Below, one piece after another: positions 58,721-64,000 of a stretch of 64,000 bases of DNA. Both the position numbers and the translations under genes were made by a program. The notes below the pieces were generated by a model, which was given only the letters and a program-made list of their open reading frames with translations, did no database searches and was not told the DNA's origin. Source of the DNA: Takakia lepidozioides (taxonomy: Eukaryota; Plantae; Bryophyta). How positions within the stretch are numbered: position 1 is the stretch's first letter; every line of letters begins with the position of its first letter. The DNA is taken from NCBI GenBank assembly GCA_030704615.1, contig CM060734.1, positions 62,310,001 to 62,374,000 on the forward strand, read 5' to 3'.

Positions 58721-60930
58721 GGGGCTAGGGGATCAGTCAGATAAGGGGATCAATGGGAGTGGGAGACATGGGGACATAGGGTCGCGGGGGGTCGTCTCGA
58801 CGGGTGCCACGTGGGTGGCAGGGGGACGGCGCAGATCCCCGGAGCTGGGGGACCAGTCAGATAGGGGGATCAGCGGGAGTGGGGGACACGGCGGATATGT
58901 GTACCCGGGGATCGTCGCCACGTAGATCAGGAAGGGATGGCGGGGATGAAGGTGGGAAGGGGATCGGTTTGAAGGGGGCTCATCCCGGGCTCGTGGGAGT
59001 CAGCTGGGATCGGCGGATATGAGGCCACGTGGCGGCAGAGGGGACGGTGGGGATGTGGCGGAGGAGTGGTACTAGCAGGCGGGCGGGTGGGGCGGGAGGG
59101 GTCCGAGGAGGGGGGTGGGGGGGATTTGACATAGGGCGCTCCGCACGCCAGCGAGGCTGCCGGAGGGGAGGTACCTCTCGGGCCGTACCTGTCAGTGATT
59201 AACGAACCAAACTACTCCCTATGGAGTACTTACGGAATAACTTACTCAGAGATGAGTAATGCAGATCTTGCGAATTAATCGGTCCCACTATTGATGTGGC
59301 TTGATTTTAATGCGCACGCGTGATTTATTTTTTTCCCTCCAATAATTCTAAATAAAACATTATCAGGGCTCCGTCCCTGTTTTCTGGAAAAGAAAAAGAA
59401 AAAGTATGTAGCTAGCCAAAATGTTGAGCGTATAGCAACCTTGGGGTAGGTAATGATTGTGAAAATGTTCTGTTGTGGTTCTTAATTATACATACTTGCC
59501 ATGAGAATAGGAACAACTTGAGCAAATATTAGATTGTGAAACGTTGTGGAGAGTTCCAAGGGCACTAACCACGGCCTATATGCGAAGACTTTACAAGACT
59601 CTAGTCAGACATAACCGTCACATAGGTTCGCTTTATAGAATTAAACATGTGTGGAGGGTGACCAGGAGGATAATCTGCCCCATTAATCAAGATCCTTGTA
59701 CAAAAACGAGAGATCTTCATTTCAACATTCAATAGAAGACGATATAGAGTATAATAAGAGAGATTTTTTTATTACATGTTGTGTGTCTTTTTATACATGC
59801 TAGAAAGTTGGGTCTCTTGACACCACAATCAATTCTATTTTAGTAGTCACACCTATTCCCTATAGTTATGACCTTTCACTATTGAGTTATGACTCTTGAA
59901 ATGTCCTTTCCTACATTAGATGAATGTACACTGGATGAATGTTGAGGTTGACTACTCAACAATCCTATGATGGGATCAAAAGACTTCTAATGGAGAGAGA
60001 AATTTTGCTGTTGAGAATTTGAGGGGCTTTGTTGGTCACTAGTCGGATTTGAACACTAAAATTTTCCAGATTGATGATTCTACATGCCACCCTATCATTT
60101 CTGTGGCAGGCTCGAAGCTCTGAAGTGTGAAGAGATTTGATTCAGTGTTTTAAACAATCCAGGGAGCAGGAGGGAATCTGCAACCACAATGAAACTTGCT
60201 GCCTCACGTGACAGGAAGCTATACATGCCTTAATTACACCCCACATGCATGAGGTGTCTGTGGGAGCCTGAACTGACGAATAAATCATTTGCCTCCCCAT
60301 CGACGCGTTCACCCCTCAAGCCATTCCACAATTTAATTGAATTTAAATTGTTTTGTCTGGCTCTGAAGACAGACACAGCAGAGAGAAATGACAAGCATTG
60401 GGGCAGTGATATTAGCACACTCAGTCCCATGCTCAGAAGCAATATAAATAAGGTTCCCATTGGTCTTCAATTGGGAAGAAATGCACCTTTGACAGAGACA
60501 CAACAGGCATCCATTGCAGTGCTGGCCAAGCATGCTGCAGCTGGCGACCTATGCCTTCTTGCGTGGGAAGCGATTCAAATACTAGCCTTCTGGAAAGGGA
60601 GCCAATTGAGTGGAATATTGATCTTGAGAATGCCATAGATTGGAGACAAAAGAAGTATCGAGGGGTATGTGAACACGCTGGTAGTCCAATTCCAGATACG
60701 TGATCCACTTCTGGTTCATTTTCACAACGCACTGGATGGGTTTGATGACTTGCAAGCTCAGCATCAACTCTTCTTGTTTCACCTATTGAGAGAAGATGAC
60801 TGCTGTGCAATGTGAGTTTAGAATGCGCATCCTTTTGAGGTAAGCCCAACACCCTGCTGGAAGAGAGATCTTGACCTACAAACATGCTTCAACGTGGATG
60901 GCATTTCATCGGGAAGTCGCCCTGATGCAA

Positions 60931-63798
60931 AAGAGTTATCCGTAGAGGGTCCCAAACTCAGCATGAGAACCCTGAGTTTGGCCAAAACTCGGTATGAAAC
61001 TCGAAACTCAGGTTCAAGCGGCACGACTAGAAAAAAACACGGGACCAAACTGCCAAGACTAGGAAAATGGGGGTGGCAGGAGTTTGGTGGCGAGTTTTGT
61101 TAGTCGACGACTAGAAAAAACCACGGGACCAAACTGCCAAGACTAGGAAAATGGGGGTGGCAGGAGTTTGGTGGCGAGTTTTGTTAGTCGTCGAGGCGGA
61201 GGCGGTCCGAGCTCACGAGCTCGCGCCATAGCAGCGGTTGCCCTCATCCCCAGTTTATGATTTGGTGACCTCTTTTCTAACTTCGTGCTCAGTTTTCTGC
61301 ACTTTACGGATTAACTCAAACTCAGGATGAAACCCGTAACTCGGGTCCAAACAGGGTACCAAACTCAGGCTCACTTTCCGGATAACTCTAAAATGTTGTA
61401 ATCTTGAGGGATAATAGAGTTATCCGTAAAGGGTCCCAAACTCGGCATGAGAACCCTGAGTTTGGCCAAAACTCGGTATGAAACTCGAAACTCAGGATCA
61501 AGCGGCGCGACTAGAAAAAACCACGGGACCAAACTTCCAAGACTAGGAAAATGGGGGTGGCAGGAGTTTGGTGGCGAGTTTTGTTAGTCGTCGAGGCGGA
61601 GGCGGTCAGAGCTCACGAGCTCGCGCCATAGCAGCGGTTGCCCTCATCCCCAGTTTATGATTTGGTGCCCTCTTTTCTAACTTCGTGCTCAGTTTTCTGC
61701 ACTTTACGGATTAACTCAAACTCAGGATGAAACCCGTAACTCGGGTCCAAACAAGGTACCAAACTCAGGCTCACTTTCCGGATAACTCTAAAATGTTGTA
61801 ATCTTGAGGGATAATAGAGTTATCCGTAAAGGGTCCCAAACTCGGCATGAGAACCCTGAGTTTGGCCAAAACTCGGTATGAAACTCGAAACTCAGGATCA
61901 AGTGGCACGACTAGAAAAAACCACGGGACCAAACTGCCAAGACTAGGAAAATGGGGGTGGCAGGAGTTTGGTGGCAGGTTTTGTTAGTCGTCGAGGCGGA
62001 GGCGGTTAGAGCTCACGAGCTCGCGCCATAGCAGCGGTTGCCCTCATCCCCAGTTTATGATTTGGTGTCCTCTTTTCTGACTTTGTGCTCAGTTTTCTGC
62101 ACTTTACGGATTAACTCAAACTCAGGATGAAACCCGTAACTCGGGTCCAAACAGGGTACCAAACTCAGGCTCACTTTCCGGATAACTCTAAAATGTTGTA
62201 ATCTTGAGGGATAATAGAGTTATCCGTAAAGGGTCCCAAACTCGGCATGAGAACCCTGAGTTTGGCCAAAACTCAGTATGAAACTCGAAACTCAGGATCA
62301 AGCGGCGCGACTAGAAAAAACCACGGGACCAAACTGCCAAGACTAGGAAAATGGGGGTGGCAGGAGTTTGGTGGCAGGTTTTGTTAGTCGTCGAGGCGGA
62401 GGCGGTCCGAGCTCACGAGCTCGCGCCATAGCAGCGGTTGCCCTCATCCCCAGTTTATGATTTGGTGTCCTCTTTTCTGACTTTGTGCTCAGTTTTCTGC
62501 ACTTTACGGATTAACTCAAACTCAGGATGAAACCCGTCACTCGGGTCCAAACAGGGTACCAAACTCAGGCTCACTTTCCGGATAACTCTAAAATGTTGTA
62601 ATCTTGAGGGATAATAGAGTTATCCGTAAAGGGTCCCAAACTCGGCATGAGAACCCTGAGTTTGGCCAAAACTCAGTATGAAACTCGAAACTCAGGATCA
62701 AGCGGCGCGACTAGAAAAAACCACGGGACCAAACTGCCAAGACTAGGAAAATGGGGGTGGCAGGAGTATGGTGGCGAGTTTTGTTAGTCGTCGAGGCGGA
62801 GGCGGTCAGAGCTCACGAGCTCGCGCTATAGCAGCGATTGCCCTCATCCCCAGTTTATGATTTGGTGCCCTGTTTTCTAACTTCGTGCTCAGTTTTCTGC
62901 ACTTTACGGATTAACTCAAACTCAGGATGAAACCCGTAACTCGGGTCCAAACAGGGTACCAAAATCAGGCTCACTTTCCGGATAACTCTAAAATGCTGTA
63001 ATCTTGAGGGATAATAGAGTTATCCGTAAAGGGTCCCAAACTCGGCATGAGAACCCTGAGTTTGGCCAAAACTCGGTATGAAACTCGAAACTCAGGATCA
63101 AGCGGCACGACTAGAAAAATCCACGGGACCAAACTGCCAAGACTAGGAAAATGGGGGTGGCAGGAGTTTGGTGGCGAGTTTTGTTAGTCGTCGAGGCGGA
63201 GGCGGTCAGAGCTCACGAGCTCGCGCCATAGCAGCGGTTGCCCTCATCCCCAGTTTATGATTTGGTGCCCTCTTTTCTGACTTTGTGCTCAGTTTTCTGC
63301 ACTTTGCGGATTAACTCAAACTCAGGATGAAACCCGTAACTCGGGTCCAAACAGGGTACCAAACTCAGGCTCACTTTCCGGATAACTCTAAAATGTTGTA
63401 ATCTTGAGGGATAATAGAGTTATCCGTAAAGGGTCCCAAACTCCCAAACTCGGCATGAGAACCTTGAGTTTGGCCAAAACTCGGTATGAAACTCGAAACT
63501 CAGGATCAAGCGGTACGACTAGAAAAAAACACGGGACCAAACTGCCAAGACTAGGAAAATGGGGGTGAAAGGAGTTTAGTGCCGAGTTTCGTTAGTCGTC
63601 GAGGCGGAGGCGGTCAGAGCTCACGAGCTCGCGCCATAGCAGCGGTTGCCCTCATCCCCAGTTTATGATTTGGTGCCCTCTTTTCTTACTTCGTGCTCAG
63701 TTTTCTGCACTTTACGGATTAACTCAAACTCAGGATGAAACCCGTAACTTGGGTCCAAACAGGGTACCAAACTCAGGCTCACTTTACGGATAACTCTA
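60931..63798. repeat. Tandem array of 7 MITE-like units (376-bp TIR-bounded unit plus 24-bp spacer; period 400 bp)
   Basis: Units start TAGAGTTATCCGTAAAG (60931, with two substitutions; 61415, 61815, 62215, 62615, 63015, 63415) and end CTTT(C/A)CGGATAACTCTA. Confidence 0.95.
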
Positions 63799-64000
63799 AT
63801 TTGGTGAGGCAGTTGCCAATGCATGGTTAGATGTAGGGATTCTTCAGCTCTTTTACTCCTCTACTGTTGGGGGCGGTGAGTTGCTTCATGAGCTTACCAA
63901 CAGTTGGTGTGAACTGAGAGCTCGCTCCGTCTCCTTCCACAAACAAGTTACCATAAGTGCAGCATGCTTGAAGCACACAAGACAATGATCAATTTGGGAA

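Larger units (their letters stand above)
56200..59179 (+). mobile_element. MULE-like element with long repetitive inverted arms, enclosing a transposase N-terminus and a Ulp1 remnant
   Basis: 56290-56350 pairs inverted with 58802-58860 (GGGTGCCACGTGGG...GGGGGACGG..AGATCCC); no TSD confirmed. Confidence 0.7.

Noticed and set aside
60100-60930. Host gene exon next to the array
   Set aside because: Short ORFs on both strands with no recognisable motif.
60931-63798. 5S rDNA or other RNA-gene array (400-bp period)
   Set aside because: No 5S, tRNA or snRNA consensus was recognised; the units are TIR-bounded.

Overview
Eukaryotic, transposon-saturated DNA with no intact host gene recognised. It is probably from a non-seed land plant (moss, lycophyte or fern; inferred from PLS-class PPR remnants, (CCCTAAA)n and plant-type TE families). 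1-23 kb: four to five nested or rearranged copies of one Ty3/gypsy non-chromovirus (Athila/Tat-like) family, with ~0.9-1 kb LTRs, a tRNA-Arg-like PBS, extra 5' ORFs and a large 3' accessory ORF, plus a decayed Met-primed gypsy element. 23-28 kb: an internally deleted LTR retroelement with a PHD finger and an A-B-A LTR. 28-36 kb: PPR fragments and a hAT (DUF659) copy with an internal inversion. 36-43 kb: a second hAT copy flanked by arrays of GC-rich palindromes. 43-47 kb: an intronless, divergent protein-kinase pseudogene followed by four unrelated long hairpins. 49-59 kb: MULE-like remnants (SWIM-family transposase N-terminus, Ulp1 protease) with an inserted Penelope-like RT. 61-64 kb: a 400-bp tandem array of seven TIR-bounded MITE-like units with a constant 24-bp spacer. 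All calls come from reading motifs by eye; no searches were run and boundaries are approximate unless a motif is quoted.
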